A DNA stretch of 64,000 nt from an uncultured Acidobacteriota bacterium (GCA_963713825.1 CAVQNG010000005.1:288001-352000); one strand, 5' to 3'. Positions 27,876 to 38,786 are shown, counted from the first letter of the stretch. Numbers and translations: made by a program. The notes: generated by a model from the letters alone, not told the origin.

Positions 27876-29710
27876 GCGGCTCCTGTGCTGCTTTCCGAGG
27901 GTGGCTCCTGGCCGGCTGCGCCGGGGCGCATCTTCGGCGGTAGCCTGCGGCCGAAGTACCGGATGTCTGCAACGGCCTCGGAGCCGGAAGGTTCTACGAG
28001 CTTCAGGCGAAGGCTGCGAACGTCGTAGCTCGCCTCGCTATCCCACCAGAATCCATGCCGCCTCCAGGCCGGTGAGAGGCTGATCTGCAGCACACCGGGA
28101 GCGACATCGACCGAGCCGTCGAGGGGATAGACATCGCTTCTCTGCCAATCTGTGACCTCTAGGACGGCCTGAGGCGAGCTCGTTTGGACGGCAATCTTCA
28201 AGGACTCCCCCGACCACGAGGTGGCGACGACGAGCTCTGCGGCTGGCATCTCCGAGCTCAGGCGGAAGCTCTGGGTGCCAATGTCGCTGAAGGGATCGAC
28301 AAAGCGGACGAAGTCCCGCCGCCAGTAGCGCGACTCGATGCCATCGATGTTCTTGGCCGTCGACTCGAAGGGTAGAAGTCGGAAGAGACCGGCGTGAGCA
28401 TGGCTCTGGCTGGAGGAGCCCATGTCTCGAGTGAGGGCCATCGAAGACACCCCCGAGCTCCAGAATCCCAAGGCCAGCAACCATGCCACCGCCAGAAGGC
28501 GGGGTGACGGCAGCTGCCGCACCGCGAGCAGAATCGCCGGCAGCACCACCACGAAGTATCGATTGCCCAGGAAGGTCGAGCCGCCGAAGTAGTTCTCCGG
28601 CATCCAGAGCAGGTAGAACCCCACGACAAGGCCAGCGGCGCCGAGTAGCGACAGGGTCACCCAGTTCGGTCGCCTGGAGGCCTGGAGAAGGAGCACCAAA
28701 GCGACCGGGAAATAGGCCAGAAGGCCCGTATGTCGGCCGCAGAAGAAGTAGAAGAGAGAGTAGGCCGAGCGCTTCGGCTCGAAGTGTGGGATCCAGGAAG
28801 CGGACTGTGTCGCTGGGCTGGTCGAGAAGCGCTCCGCGGCCGCCTCAGCTTCGACTCCAGTCGGGTAGCCGGTCCGGGCATTGAAGCTGGAGCGAACTGC
28901 CTTGTAGGGATTCGCAGTCCCCAGGAAGTGCTGGGTGGCGCCGCTGACCAGTCCGAACGCCACCAGGGCCAGAGCCGCGACGACCATGGAATGGCGGTAT
29001 CGGCGATGGAGGAAGGCGATCAGCACCGGCGCCGCGACCAATGCCGCGGTGCTGAATCGCATCGATACAGCTGCCCCAAGGAGAAGCCCTCCAACGGCCG
29101 GCGACAGGAGTGGACGGCCCAGAATCTTGGCTGGGAGGACCTTGTCGGCGATCGGCAGCCCTTCGAGTGCAAGGACCAATCCCGCCAGAACCATCGCAGC
29201 CTGGGCGAGGTCGCTCATCCGCCAACCCAGGTAGGGAAGCAACGCACTGCAACCAAGGAAGGTGGCCAGGGTCCAGAAAGTGTGTGCTGCGGAGCCGAGC
29301 CGTCGCAGGTGGATCCATGCCACGAGCAATGCGATGCCGAGAAGCACAGCATTGGTGGCCAGCATTCCCGCCTCACCGAAAAGCCAGAAAAGAGGCGTCG
29401 CCATGAGCGGGTAGAGGATCGGCTTCGAGAATGTGACCCCCCGCTCGGTGCGTTGCAGGATGACGGCCGGTGGCGGCCCGTCCTGGCGATCCTGGAGCCT
29501 TTGCAGGTCACCTTCGTCGAAGGTCAGGTCTGCGTCGATGGCGAGGCTCGAGGTCATGGCCACGAATGTCCCTTCATCACCCCAGAGACGGTCGGACGAA
29601 GGGCGCAGCACCTGCATTGCCGCCAGGACGGAAAGCACAGCGACGATGCCTACGCCGCCGATTGTGGTGGCTACAGACCAGGAGCGGGTACCTGTTGGCG
29701 AGGAGCGCAC
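27863..29710 (-). CDS. Polytopic membrane protein, GT-C-like
   Basis: LWGDEGTF acidic motif after the first TM, many TM helices, GNRYF. Confidence 0.6.
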   Translation of the reverse strand: MRSSPTGTRSWSVATTIGGVGIVAVLSVLAAMQVLRPSSDRLWGDEGTFVAMTSSLAIDADLTFDEGDLQRLQDRQDGPPPAVILQRTERGVTFSKPILYPLMATPLFWLFGEAGMLATNAVLLGIALLVAWIHLRRLGSAAHTFWTLATFLGCSALLPYLGWRMSDLAQAAMVLAGLVLALEGLPIADKVLPAKILGRPLLSPAVGGLLLGAAVSMRFSTAALVAAPVLIAFLHRRYRHSMVVAALALVAFGLVSGATQHFLGTANPYKAVRSSFNARTGYPTGVEAEAAAERFSTSPATQSASWIPHFEPKRSAYSLFYFFCGRHTGLLAYFPVALVLLLQASRRPNWVTLSLLGAAGLVVGFYLLWMPENYFGGSTFLGNRYFVVVLPAILLAVRQLPSPRLLAVAWLLALGFWSSGVSSMALTRDMGSSSQSHAHAGLFRLLPFESTAKNIDGIESRYWRRDFVRFVDPFSDIGTQSFRLSSEMPAAELVVATSWSGESLKIAVQTSSPQAVLEVTDWQRSDVYPLDGSVDVAPGVLQISLSPAWRRHGFWWDSEASYDVRSLRLKLVEPSGSEAVADIRYFGRRLPPKMRPGAAGQEPPSESSTGAAQSR

Positions 29711-29875
29711 GTCGGTAGGGATACGGCTAGATCGGCACGAGTCTACCGGGAATGACGAGCCTTGTTAATTGGCAGTGACTGCGCAGCCCGAGCCTGACAG
29801 AGGAAGAATCGGGTGCCTTCGACCCCACGTCGACCGCAGGGGCTTGTGCTATTCTGGCTCCCCAGGTGAATGAAG

Positions 29876-30127
29876 ATGGCTATTGACCCGGATCTCCTCG
29901 AAATTCTCGTCTGCCCGAAGACCAAAGGCGACCTCGAGCTGGTGGACTTGCCGGCTGAGCTCTGCCGCAGCCTCGTGGCGAAGTACCAGGAGCACTTCCG
30001 GGACGAAGAGCCCGTGGTGGAGAAGGGGCTCTACTCTCCGGATTCGCAGCTGGTCTACCCGATCGTCTCCGACATTCCCATCATGCTGGTGGACGAAGCC
30101 CTGCCGGCCTCGGCAATTGGGCGCTGA
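29876..30127 (+). CDS. Trm112/UPF0434 family protein
   Basis: IDPDLLEILVCPKTKGDL...YPIVSDIPIML. Confidence 0.85.
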   Translation: MAIDPDLLEILVCPKTKGDLELVDLPAELCRSLVAKYQEHFRDEEPVVEKGLYSPDSQLVYPIVSDIPIMLVDEALPASAIGR

Positions 30128-30195
30128 GCTCGCCAATGCGGGATCGAAGCCCGCAAACACCCCACAACCCACCGTCCAGATCGGGCCCATGAATC

Positions 30196-30927
30196 ATGCG
30201 GGCTAGGTTGGACCAGCTGTTGGTGGACCAGGGGCTCTTCGAGAGCCGAGAGCGCGCCCGTCGAGCGGTGATGGCCGGCAGCGTGACGGTCGACGGGGTG
30301 TCGGTGGACAAGCCTGGCACCTCGGTTCCCGACGCAGCAAAGCTGGAAGTGATCGGACCGAAGGAGCCCTTCGTGTCTCGGGGCGGTCGCAAGCTCTCGC
30401 ATGCCCTGGACCACTTCGGGATCGATCCGACGGGTTGGACCTGCCTGGATGTCGGGGCCTCGACGGGAGGATTCACCGATTGCCTGTTGCAGAGAGGCGC
30501 CGAGCGGGTCTATGCACTGGATGTGGGTCGAGGACAGCTCGATTACCGCTTGCGCAGTGATCGCCGAGTCGTCACCCTGGAGGGCATCAACGCGCGGTAT
30601 CTCGAATTGGATGACATCCCGGAGCCCTGCCAGCTCGTTACAGTTGATGTCTCCTTCATCTCACTCCTCAAGGTGGTGCCCGCCCTGCTGCCCGTTCTGC
30701 CGGTCGGCGGGTATCTCCTGACACTGATCAAGCCGCAGTTCGAAGTGGGCCGGGAGCTGGTCGGAAAGGGTGGCATTGTGCGGCATGAGCCTCTCCGGCA
30801 GGAAGTCATTCGGCAGCGCGGCGAGGATCTCGCTTCCCTGGGCCTGGCGCTCATGGGTATAGTTGACTCGGAGGTGGTTGGGGCCAAGGGCAATCGTGAG
30901 GCCCTGGCGCTGTTCCGGAAAAGCTGA
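30196..30927 (+). CDS. tlyA: TlyA family rRNA 2'-O-methyltransferase
   Basis: S4 domain RLDQLL, VSRGGRKL, DVGASTGGFTD, DVSFISL, LIKPQFE, GNRE. Confidence 0.95.
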   Translation: MRARLDQLLVDQGLFESRERARRAVMAGSVTVDGVSVDKPGTSVPDAAKLEVIGPKEPFVSRGGRKLSHALDHFGIDPTGWTCLDVGASTGGFTDCLLQRGAERVYALDVGRGQLDYRLRSDRRVVTLEGINARYLELDDIPEPCQLVTVDVSFISLLKVVPALLPVLPVGGYLLTLIKPQFEVGRELVGKGGIVRHEPLRQEVIRQRGEDLASLGLALMGIVDSEVVGAKGNREALALFRKS

Positions 30928-31790
30928 TGACAAGTCCCTCCGAGACCCGCAAGATCGCCGTCGTCGCCAAGCGCGTCAGTCAGGAAGCTCTGGAAACCGC
31001 GGTCGAGCTGGCCCATTGGCTGCGTCGCAGGCAGCTGGGCGTGGCGTTGGAAGAGACCATTCTGGAGGCCGACCCGGAAGTTCAGGCGGAGGCCTTCGAC
31101 CGGTCGGAGATCTACGATCTCGTCGTCGTCCTGGGTGGCGACGGAACGTTGCTTTCCGTCGCCCGAAGTCTCGCCGATTCGATCCCGATACTGGGGGTCA
31201 ACATGGGGAACCTGGGCTTCCTCACCGAAGTTCCGAGATCCGAGCTCTACCCCTCCATTATGAAGTTCCTGGAAGGGGACTATGAAGTCGATGAACGCGC
31301 CCTGTTGGATGTGAGTCTGCGGCGGGCCACCGGCGAAGAGGTGTCGTATCGGGTGCTCAACGATGCCGTCATCAACAAGAGCGCCCTGGCCAGGATCATC
31401 GAGCTGGTGGTGACCGTGGATGGTCACCGCGTCGCCACCTATCGTTCGGACGGTCTGATCATCTCGACGCCGACCGGCTCCACGGCCTACAACCTGGCAG
31501 CGGGCGGTCCGATTCTGAATCCCCAGCTGCCGGTTGTGGTGGTAACGCCCATCTGCCCTCATACTCTGACCCTGCGGCCCATCGTGGTCCCCGATTCGGC
31601 GAGTGTCGAGCTCCGGTTGGAAACCCCGCATGAAGAGGTCTACCTGACCCTGGATGGTCAGGAGGGGACCCAGATCGAATGCGGAGTTACGATCCGTCTG
31701 CGTCGATCGAATGACGTGGTCCGGCTCGTCAAGACCAGCGACCGCACGTTCTACGACAGTCTGCGCGATAAACTCAGGTGGGGCCACTAG
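30927..31790 (+). CDS. nadK: NAD+ kinase
   Basis: GGDGT, GNLGFL, LND, STPTGSTAYNLAAGGP. Confidence 0.96.
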   Translation: MTSPSETRKIAVVAKRVSQEALETAVELAHWLRRRQLGVALEETILEADPEVQAEAFDRSEIYDLVVVLGGDGTLLSVARSLADSIPILGVNMGNLGFLTEVPRSELYPSIMKFLEGDYEVDERALLDVSLRRATGEEVSYRVLNDAVINKSALARIIELVVTVDGHRVATYRSDGLIISTPTGSTAYNLAAGGPILNPQLPVVVVTPICPHTLTLRPIVVPDSASVELRLETPHEEVYLTLDGQEGTQIECGVTIRLRRSNDVVRLVKTSDRTFYDSLRDKLRWGH

Positions 31791-31893
31791 TCAGCGGCTC
31801 CGCTCCGGAGCCCGCACTGTCGGGCCCGTGCAGTGAAGCTTCGAGAGCACTGCCTTTGGGGAGAGTGCTTCTATAGGGCGGGTCTGCCGGTCG

Positions 31894-34800
31894 ATGTCAG
31901 CCGAACAATCCAGGAACAACGCCGAGGAAACCGAGGCTCCCAAGGGGCGTCGGCGCCGGCACGGCCGTGTCCGTCGCTGGATGGTCCGACCGGCCATGTG
32001 GACCATCGCCCTGGTGGCGGTGGCGATCTGGGCCCTGATCTGGATTGTGCAGGGCGAGCGATTCGGGTCGTTCGTAGCCAGAAAAGTCGAGGATGCGGCC
32101 GCGGGGTATCTCGAGCGCGAGGTGAGCATCGGCGCCCTCCGCGTCAAGTTGCTACCGCTGGGAGCGGAGATCTACGACGTTCGATTGGGCGGACCGGAGC
32201 CGGACGATCCACCCTTCGCGGAGGTCGAGCAGATCCTCATCGATGCCGATATCACCGACTTTCGCCAGCCCCATCTATACCTCCACCAGGTCAAGCTCGT
32301 TGGACCACGCATCTTCCTGGATTTCATCTCCAAAGGCGTCAACAACCTGCCTCGCGGCAAGAAGCGCGACAAGGAAGCTGCGCCCAGGCGACTGCCGCTG
32401 AAGGTCACGGTTCGCTACCTGGCGTTGGAACGGGGATTCCTCGAGCTCCGGCAGCAACGACTCCCCATGGCGCTGACGGCGGAGTCCCTGACGGCGGAGG
32501 TGTCAGGCAACCTGGAACGAGAGCTGCGAGGCACCTTGAGCGCTCCAGCGGTGTCGGTGAGCCTGCCGAAGGGTGATCCGATTGTCGGGGCCCTGAACCT
32601 GGCCGTCAACCTCACCCCCGAGGGGCTGGCGCTCCAGGAAGGTCGAATCGAGGGTATCGACCTTACGGCTGCTGTCTCCGGTCATATCGGTTGGGGTGGA
32701 GACCGAGAGGTCGTACTTGAACTGGAGGCCAGTGGCGACACGTCACTGTTCCGGCGCATGGGCTTTCTCAACGATCAGATCCAAGGCCCATTCGAGCTTG
32801 TGGGTGGAATGGCCTGGCGCTCGGAAGCCTGGGGCTTTCGGGGGGAGCTGGATTCCCGCGAGCTGATTCTCTTGGACCGGCCGATCGGTCATGTCCACTG
32901 TGTGCTGTCCGGCGATCGCAACGGGATCCAATTCGATATCGAGAGGGCCGACTACGGTAGCGGTTCCATTCGAGGAGCCGTCAACGTGGACTACCGCGGT
33001 CAGGACAAGTCTCTGGAGATCGATCTGCTACTCGATCAGGTGGAGCTCGAGACACTGCTGATGGATCAGCACATTCCGGTCAGCGGCCTTTCGGGCACCG
33101 TGTCCGGTGTCTTCGACTACCGCTTCCCGATGGGCGACGCCAATCACGGTCAGGGCTGGGGTGATTTGAAGATCACCGCCCTGAATGCCCTTGACCCCGA
33201 CGCCCTGCCAGTCGAGGGAACGGTGCCCTTGATCATCGAGAACGGCGTCATCCGGACTCGCGCCGCCCGGCTGACGACCGAAGCGCACGAGATCACCGCC
33301 ACCGGCTACTTCGACATCGCCAGCAAGGCGGGTCAGTTCGAGTATCAGATCGACACCAGCAGGCTGGCGGAGCTGCTGAAGCTATTGCCCCTGGAAGAGG
33401 CCATGGAACCTCCTCTTTGGTTGCCCACCTCTGGCCAGGGAGAGGTCGACGGAACTCTCTTCGTTGGGCCTGAAGGGCCGAGCACCCAAGTACAGCTCGC
33501 CTTGCGGAATGTGGTGGCCCCAGGATTTTCAGCCGATCAGGCTCAGGGTCGCCTGCGGGTCGGCACGTCAGGCGTCGAGGACTTGCGCATCGAGCTCCTG
33601 CGCCCGGGTGCTGGCCTGATCGTCACGGGGCGGCTGCCCTTTCCCGATCCGATGGCCGAGGCGCCGACTTCCAACTTCTCTCTGGCCATGGACGCTTCGA
33701 AGTGGCCCATGGCTCAAGTGCATCCCTGGCTACCCTTCGAGCTCGATCTGGACGGTGCGCTGACGGGTTCTGTGGTGCTGGCGGGTGACCTGGAGCACCC
33801 GACAGGTGACCTGGTGGCCCGGATCGACTCCATCTGGGTGGGAGACCTGCTCGCGGACTCACTGACGCTGGACATGGAGTTCAACCAGGACAGGGTGGTC
33901 TTTCGGCGGGCGGAGCTGACCGCGCCGGCCGGGCAGCTCGAACTGAGTGGCAGCTACGACCTGGCTGACGAGGCCGTTTCGTTGCAGATCGCCTCCAACG
34001 ACCTGGACATGACTGCAGAACCTTTGCTTTCGCTGCTACCGGTCGAAGTCGGAGGCAGCATGAGGTTGAGCGGCGTCGTTGGCGGGACTCTGGAGGAGCC
34101 GGCGGTGACGGCCGATCTGGCCTGGCGAGGGATGGCGATCGGGGATCGAGTCCTCGGAGAGGATGGCAGCGCCGATCTGCATGCCCATCTCGCCGGTGGT
34201 GATCTCACCCTCTCGGGAGATCTCCTGGGTCTCGTAACCCTGGACGGTGGTGGACAGCTGACCCGTGAGGGCCTGAGCCTTACGATCCCCGTCAGGGGTA
34301 ACGACATGCAGGGTTTGGTCAACCTCTCGGGTGCGGACGTAGTTCCGGACTGCTCGGGCGAGTTCGAAGGTGTGCTGAGTCTGGAAGCGGACTTCGGAAC
34401 GAATCAACCCTGGCGCTCGGAGCTGTCGTTGGAGCGCTTCTCGATCGAGCTGGCCGATCAGAGGTTGACGAATCTGGAGCCGGTCGTGATGCACCTGTCT
34501 GAAGAGGGCTTCCACGTGGACTCCTTCTTCATCGGCGATCCCGCCAGCGAAAGTGAGTTGTTCTTGTCAGGCGTGATGGCCCTCGACGAAGAGCGGTCCC
34601 TGGATTTGAACCTGCAGAGTTCCCTCGCGACCGAGTGGTTGGAGCTGCTGTTGCCTGAGTTGGGGCTGCGAACCGGGCGATTCGATGTCCTCGCGGCGGT
34701 CAGAGGCACGATGGACTCGCCGCGCCTCGATGGACAAGGGACCTTGACCAACGGACAGGTGATCGTGCCAGCGATCCCCCACGCTTTGGACAACATTCGC

Positions 34801-35898
34801 GGTCAGTTTCTCTTCTATCCCAGTCAGGTGGTGATCGACAGCTTGCAGGCCGATCTGGCTGGCGGCAAGGTGCGGGCCAGTGGCCTGCTCCTGCCTGTCT
34901 CCGATAACGGCGGCTTCGGCTATCAGCTCCAGATCTTCGCCGAGAACATCAACCTCCGCTTTCCTGAAGGCTGGCTGAGTCGTGGAGATGCAGAACTGTC
35001 GCTGGCGTCAACGGACGAGGGACACATCTTGCGCGGCAATGTCCGGCTCGATCGTGCCTACTACGTCCAGGACGTCAAAGTGAGCATGACCCAACTCCTG
35101 CGGGGCATCTTCGCTCGGCAGCGGGTGGAAGTCGATCGTGCCGGAGAGTTGCAGACCTCGACCCAGCTCAACATCGTCATCGACGGGCCGGGGGCTCTGC
35201 GGATTCGCAACAATCTGGCGGACATGCGAGGCGATATCGACCTCGTGGTGCGCGGTACCGTGGCCAATCCGGTGCTTTTCGGTCGGGTCGAGATCGAGCG
35301 GGGGGGCACCCTCTCCTACTCGGGCACAAAGTACACCGTCGATCAGGGTCTCGTGACGTTCGCCAATCCGTTCGCCATCGAGCCGGTCATCGACTTGGCA
35401 GCGACGGCGAGAGTCCGCGAGTACAACGTCACGATGAGTCTGTTCGGTGCGTTGGACAGTCTGAACGCGAATTTCTCGTCCGATCCACCACTCGCCGACC
35501 TCGAGGTACTGTCACTTCTGACCACAGGTGAGACCAATTGGAGGGGCACCCAGTCTTCGCAGGCCGCGGGCGAGACCGAGGCTGCGATGCGGGCCACAGG
35601 CTTGCTCTACGGACAGGCCGCGTCCTTGATCTCCGAGCGGACGAGCAATTTGTTCGGCTTCGACCGGGTGCGTCTGGAGCCACTGACAACTTCCAGCGGC
35701 GACCTCTCTTCAGCCCGCGTGACGGTAGGTAAGCAGGTCTCTAGAGATGTCTTCCTCACCTACTCCTACGACCCTTCCACCACCGAGGAGCAGGTCATCC
35801 AGGTCGAGTGGGTGTTCATGGAAGGGACGACTCTCGTCCTGACCCAGGACGGCGACGGTAGCTATTCGGCCGACGTTCGCTGGGAGCGGACCTTTTGA
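31894..35898 (+). CDS. tamB: TamB/AsmA-like translocation and assembly module protein
   Basis: N-terminal TM anchor, long beta-rich body, C-terminal DUF490-like region (SSDPPL, VTVGKQVS). Confidence 0.85.
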   Translation: MSAEQSRNNAEETEAPKGRRRRHGRVRRWMVRPAMWTIALVAVAIWALIWIVQGERFGSFVARKVEDAAAGYLEREVSIGALRVKLLPLGAEIYDVRLGGPEPDDPPFAEVEQILIDADITDFRQPHLYLHQVKLVGPRIFLDFISKGVNNLPRGKKRDKEAAPRRLPLKVTVRYLALERGFLELRQQRLPMALTAESLTAEVSGNLERELRGTLSAPAVSVSLPKGDPIVGALNLAVNLTPEGLALQEGRIEGIDLTAAVSGHIGWGGDREVVLELEASGDTSLFRRMGFLNDQIQGPFELVGGMAWRSEAWGFRGELDSRELILLDRPIGHVHCVLSGDRNGIQFDIERADYGSGSIRGAVNVDYRGQDKSLEIDLLLDQVELETLLMDQHIPVSGLSGTVSGVFDYRFPMGDANHGQGWGDLKITALNALDPDALPVEGTVPLIIENGVIRTRAARLTTEAHEITATGYFDIASKAGQFEYQIDTSRLAELLKLLPLEEAMEPPLWLPTSGQGEVDGTLFVGPEGPSTQVQLALRNVVAPGFSADQAQGRLRVGTSGVEDLRIELLRPGAGLIVTGRLPFPDPMAEAPTSNFSLAMDASKWPMAQVHPWLPFELDLDGALTGSVVLAGDLEHPTGDLVARIDSIWVGDLLADSLTLDMEFNQDRVVFRRAELTAPAGQLELSGSYDLADEAVSLQIASNDLDMTAEPLLSLLPVEVGGSMRLSGVVGGTLEEPAVTADLAWRGMAIGDRVLGEDGSADLHAHLAGGDLTLSGDLLGLVTLDGGGQLTREGLSLTIPVRGNDMQGLVNLSGADVVPDCSGEFEGVLSLEADFGTNQPWRSELSLERFSIELADQRLTNLEPVVMHLSEEGFHVDSFFIGDPASESELFLSGVMALDEERSLDLNLQSSLATEWLELLLPELGLRTGRFDVLAAVRGTMDSPRLDGQGTLTNGQVIVPAIPHALDNIRGQFLFYPSQVVIDSLQADLAGGKVRASGLLLPVSDNGGFGYQLQIFAENINLRFPEGWLSRGDAELSLASTDEGHILRGNVRLDRAYYVQDVKVSMTQLLRGIFARQRVEVDRAGELQTSTQLNIVIDGPGALRIRNNLADMRGDIDLVVRGTVANPVLFGRVEIERGGTLSYSGTKYTVDQGLVTFANPFAIEPVIDLAATARVREYNVTMSLFGALDSLNANFSSDPPLADLEVLSLLTTGETNWRGTQSSQAAGETEAAMRATGLLYGQAASLISERTSNLFGFDRVRLEPLTTSSGDLSSARVTVGKQVSRDVFLTYSYDPSTTEEQVIQVEWVFMEGTTLVLTQDGDGSYSADVRWERTF

Positions 35899-35960
35899 GG
35901 AGCTCGTGGGTGGCCCGGCCGAGCGCAGCTGGCAACCGATCGATCGGCCGGTTCCGGGCC

Positions 35961-38786
35961 ATGAGTCTGGCGAAGTACAGATTCACGCTGCTGATCCTGG
36001 GGCTCGCAGTTGTCGGCATTCTGCGCTCCGACGCGGCCAGGGCCGAGCCGGGATTGCCCGTCAGTGCCATTGTCGTGCGAGCCGACACCGACCTCGAGGA
36101 CTTGGCGCAGCTGGTTGAGTTCCTGGCAATCGAAGTGGGCGATCCGTACTCGTTGGAGGCGGTTTCGGACAGCATTCGCAATTTACAGGCCTCGGGAAGC
36201 ACCGGGCAGATCGAGGCCTTCGCGCGAACGACTCCGGAGGGCGTCGAGGTGACCTTCGCCCTCTGGGCGAACTTCATGGTCAATTCAGTGGCGCTGGATG
36301 GGGACTTGGGCATCAAGAGACGCAATCTGATGTCAGAGGTGGAGGTTCGGCCCCGTTCTGCGTTGATCGAAAGTCAAATCCTGAGGGATTTCTACCGACT
36401 TGGTGATCGACTGGCAGTCGAGGGCTTTCTGGCGGCTCGGGTAACACCCGACGTCGAGATCGACGAGCAGCGCAAGCTTGCCGATGTGACCTACCGGATC
36501 GAGAGTGGGCCGTCCTTTACCGTTGCTGGGATCGATTTCGAAGGCGATCTCGGGCCGTTCGATCCAGGCACGCTCATGCAACCTCTGCGCTCCTCTCCTG
36601 GCAAGAAGTTCTTCAGTCGCAGACCAGCCGAAGATGCCGAGAGCCTCGAGGGCTGGCTCATCGACCAGGGGTACCGGCAAGCGATCGTCGATCCGGGCGA
36701 GGTAACGACGGACTGGGAGGCCGCCGAAGTTCACCTACGCTACCGGGTCGAGCTGGGACCCCGCTTCGAGATCGAGATCCTGGGAGGAGACTCGAGGCGG
36801 CTCCAGAAGAGAGGTCTGTTGCCGTTTCTCGAGCAGCAGCGGTTCGACGAGGCCTTGCTTCTCCAGTCGGTCGAGAGGATCCGCAGTCACTATCAACAGC
36901 AGGGTTATTACCAGGTCGAGATCAAGACGAGTCAGGAGAGGGCTGGAGACTCGATTCATGTGCGGCTGGTGATCGATCCGGGCTCGACTTTCCGGCTGGG
37001 AGAGGTGTTGCTCACCGGCAACGAGTACTTCAGCGATCGGCAGCTGACTACCCTCATGACGACCTCGCCGCGACGCGGTCTGGGATCTGGTGGTCCACTT
37101 GTGGACTCGGTGCTGGACGATGATCTCGCCAACATCGAGGCTTTCTACGCGCTCGGTGGGTACGACCAGGCCGTCGTCGGGCCAGCCGAAGTGGAGATCG
37201 AGGGTCAGGATCTCTACGTGGGTGTGCCAATCGAAGAGGGCCGTCAGCTCAGGGTGGTGGAGTTGAAGTTGGAAGGTGTCACGCAGCTACCCGAGGGGCA
37301 ACTGCTCGCAGGTTTGCCGCTGAGCGCTGGCGGACCGTTCCATCAGGCTCTTCTCAACGAGACCATGATTGCGATTCGGTCTCGATACGAGACGGAAGGG
37401 TATGAATCAACCCAGATCTCGCCGCTCTTGGAATGGAACGAGGATGGGACCCGTGTCGACGTTACGCTCCGTCTACTGGAGGGGCCCCGCAGCATTGTCG
37501 ATCGAATCATCGTTCGGGGAGCGAACAGAACCAACTCGAGAGTCGTGCGGTATGCAATGCGTCTCGAGTCGGGGGAACATTTCAACACTGGTCGATTGCT
37601 GGAGGTGCAGCGGAACCTCTACCGGCTCGGGACGTTCTCGCGGGTCGAGGTGAGACGGGCACCAGGGGTCCCTTTCAAGGGCGAGCGAGACATCCTCGTG
37701 CATCTGGAGGAAGGCAAGCGGCGCAAACTGACCTACGGTTTTGGATTCGATTCCGAAGACGGTCTGCGGGGTCTTTTCGGATACTCCATGAGCAATCTCC
37801 TGGGAAGGGCGCTGACGGCCAGAGTCGATGTCAGGGCCTCGAATCGCGACAACCTCGCCAGGGTTCTGCTGACGCAGCCCTACTTCTTCCACCTACCCTA
37901 TCCCTCGACTGTTTCTCTCTTTTACATCGAGGAGGTCAAGGACAGCTTCACGTCACGGCGCCGGGGCGGGCAGTTCGAGCTCCGACGGCAGGGGACTTTC
38001 AGCCGAGTCAATCTTTTACTCGACTATCGCCATGTGGAGGTTCTCGAGGCCGTGGAAGCTCTCGGGGATCTCGAGATCGACCGCGATCTGCAGGCGGTGC
38101 AGATTGCCAGCATCACTCCGGCTTGGAGCCTGGATCACCGCAACGACGAATTCGACCCGAGTGAGGGGTGGAACACGATTCTCCAGCTCGAATATGCGTT
38201 TCCGTTCGCCGGAGCCGAGACCGAGTTCATGAAGGCATTTGTCCAGGCGGCTGGCTACCTGGATTTTGGCTGGGCCGGTGTGCTCGCCGGCAGTTTTCGT
38301 GTCGGCGCCATCGAGCCACTGAACGAAGCGGTGATCGACACCACGCTTCCGCCCTATCTGCCTTCTCGCTACATACCCATCTCGGAGAGGTTCTTCGCGG
38401 GCGGCCGAACGACGCATCGGGCCTACAAGCGTGATCGGCTGGGCATCCCAGGAGAGACCCTCATCCTTCCGAGACCGATTCCTCTCGATCAGGAGGTAGA
38501 TGCGAGCGATTTGGTCGCGGTCGGAGGGAACGGTCTGCTGATCCTCAATTTGGACTATCGATTCCCGATCGCTGGTCCCATTGGCGGCACGCTGTTCGCC
38601 GACTTCGGAAATCTCTGGGCCGACTGGCGAAGCATCAATGTTTCGGAAGGTAAGCCGGGAATCGGCACCGGGGTGCGATACAGCTCGCCGATCGGGCCGA
38701 TTCGGGTCGAGGTCGGCTACAAGCTCGATCCATTGCCCGGCGAAGACGATTGGGTAGTTCTGTTTAGCGTCGGCAACGCCTTCTAA
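35961..38786 (+). CDS. Omp85 family outer membrane protein (BamA/TamA-like) with multiple POTRA domains
   Basis: Repeated POTRA patterns, ERFFAGG, GVRYSSPIGPIRVEVG, terminal Phe (VGNAF). Confidence 0.9.
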   Translation: MSLAKYRFTLLILGLAVVGILRSDAARAEPGLPVSAIVVRADTDLEDLAQLVEFLAIEVGDPYSLEAVSDSIRNLQASGSTGQIEAFARTTPEGVEVTFALWANFMVNSVALDGDLGIKRRNLMSEVEVRPRSALIESQILRDFYRLGDRLAVEGFLAARVTPDVEIDEQRKLADVTYRIESGPSFTVAGIDFEGDLGPFDPGTLMQPLRSSPGKKFFSRRPAEDAESLEGWLIDQGYRQAIVDPGEVTTDWEAAEVHLRYRVELGPRFEIEILGGDSRRLQKRGLLPFLEQQRFDEALLLQSVERIRSHYQQQGYYQVEIKTSQERAGDSIHVRLVIDPGSTFRLGEVLLTGNEYFSDRQLTTLMTTSPRRGLGSGGPLVDSVLDDDLANIEAFYALGGYDQAVVGPAEVEIEGQDLYVGVPIEEGRQLRVVELKLEGVTQLPEGQLLAGLPLSAGGPFHQALLNETMIAIRSRYETEGYESTQISPLLEWNEDGTRVDVTLRLLEGPRSIVDRIIVRGANRTNSRVVRYAMRLESGEHFNTGRLLEVQRNLYRLGTFSRVEVRRAPGVPFKGERDILVHLEEGKRRKLTYGFGFDSEDGLRGLFGYSMSNLLGRALTARVDVRASNRDNLARVLLTQPYFFHLPYPSTVSLFYIEEVKDSFTSRRRGGQFELRRQGTFSRVNLLLDYRHVEVLEAVEALGDLEIDRDLQAVQIASITPAWSLDHRNDEFDPSEGWNTILQLEYAFPFAGAETEFMKAFVQAAGYLDFGWAGVLAGSFRVGAIEPLNEAVIDTTLPPYLPSRYIPISERFFAGGRTTHRAYKRDRLGIPGETLILPRPIPLDQEVDASDLVAVGGNGLLILNLDYRFPIAGPIGGTLFADFGNLWADWRSINVSEGKPGIGTGVRYSSPIGPIRVEVGYKLDPLPGEDDWVVLFSVGNAF

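Noticed and set aside
29769-29785. sigma54-like TTGGCAGTGACTGCGCA upstream of the Trm112 gene
   Set aside because: GG-N10-GC spacing fits but the TTGC is missing, and an extended -10 (TGCTATTCT) nearer the gene explains transcription.
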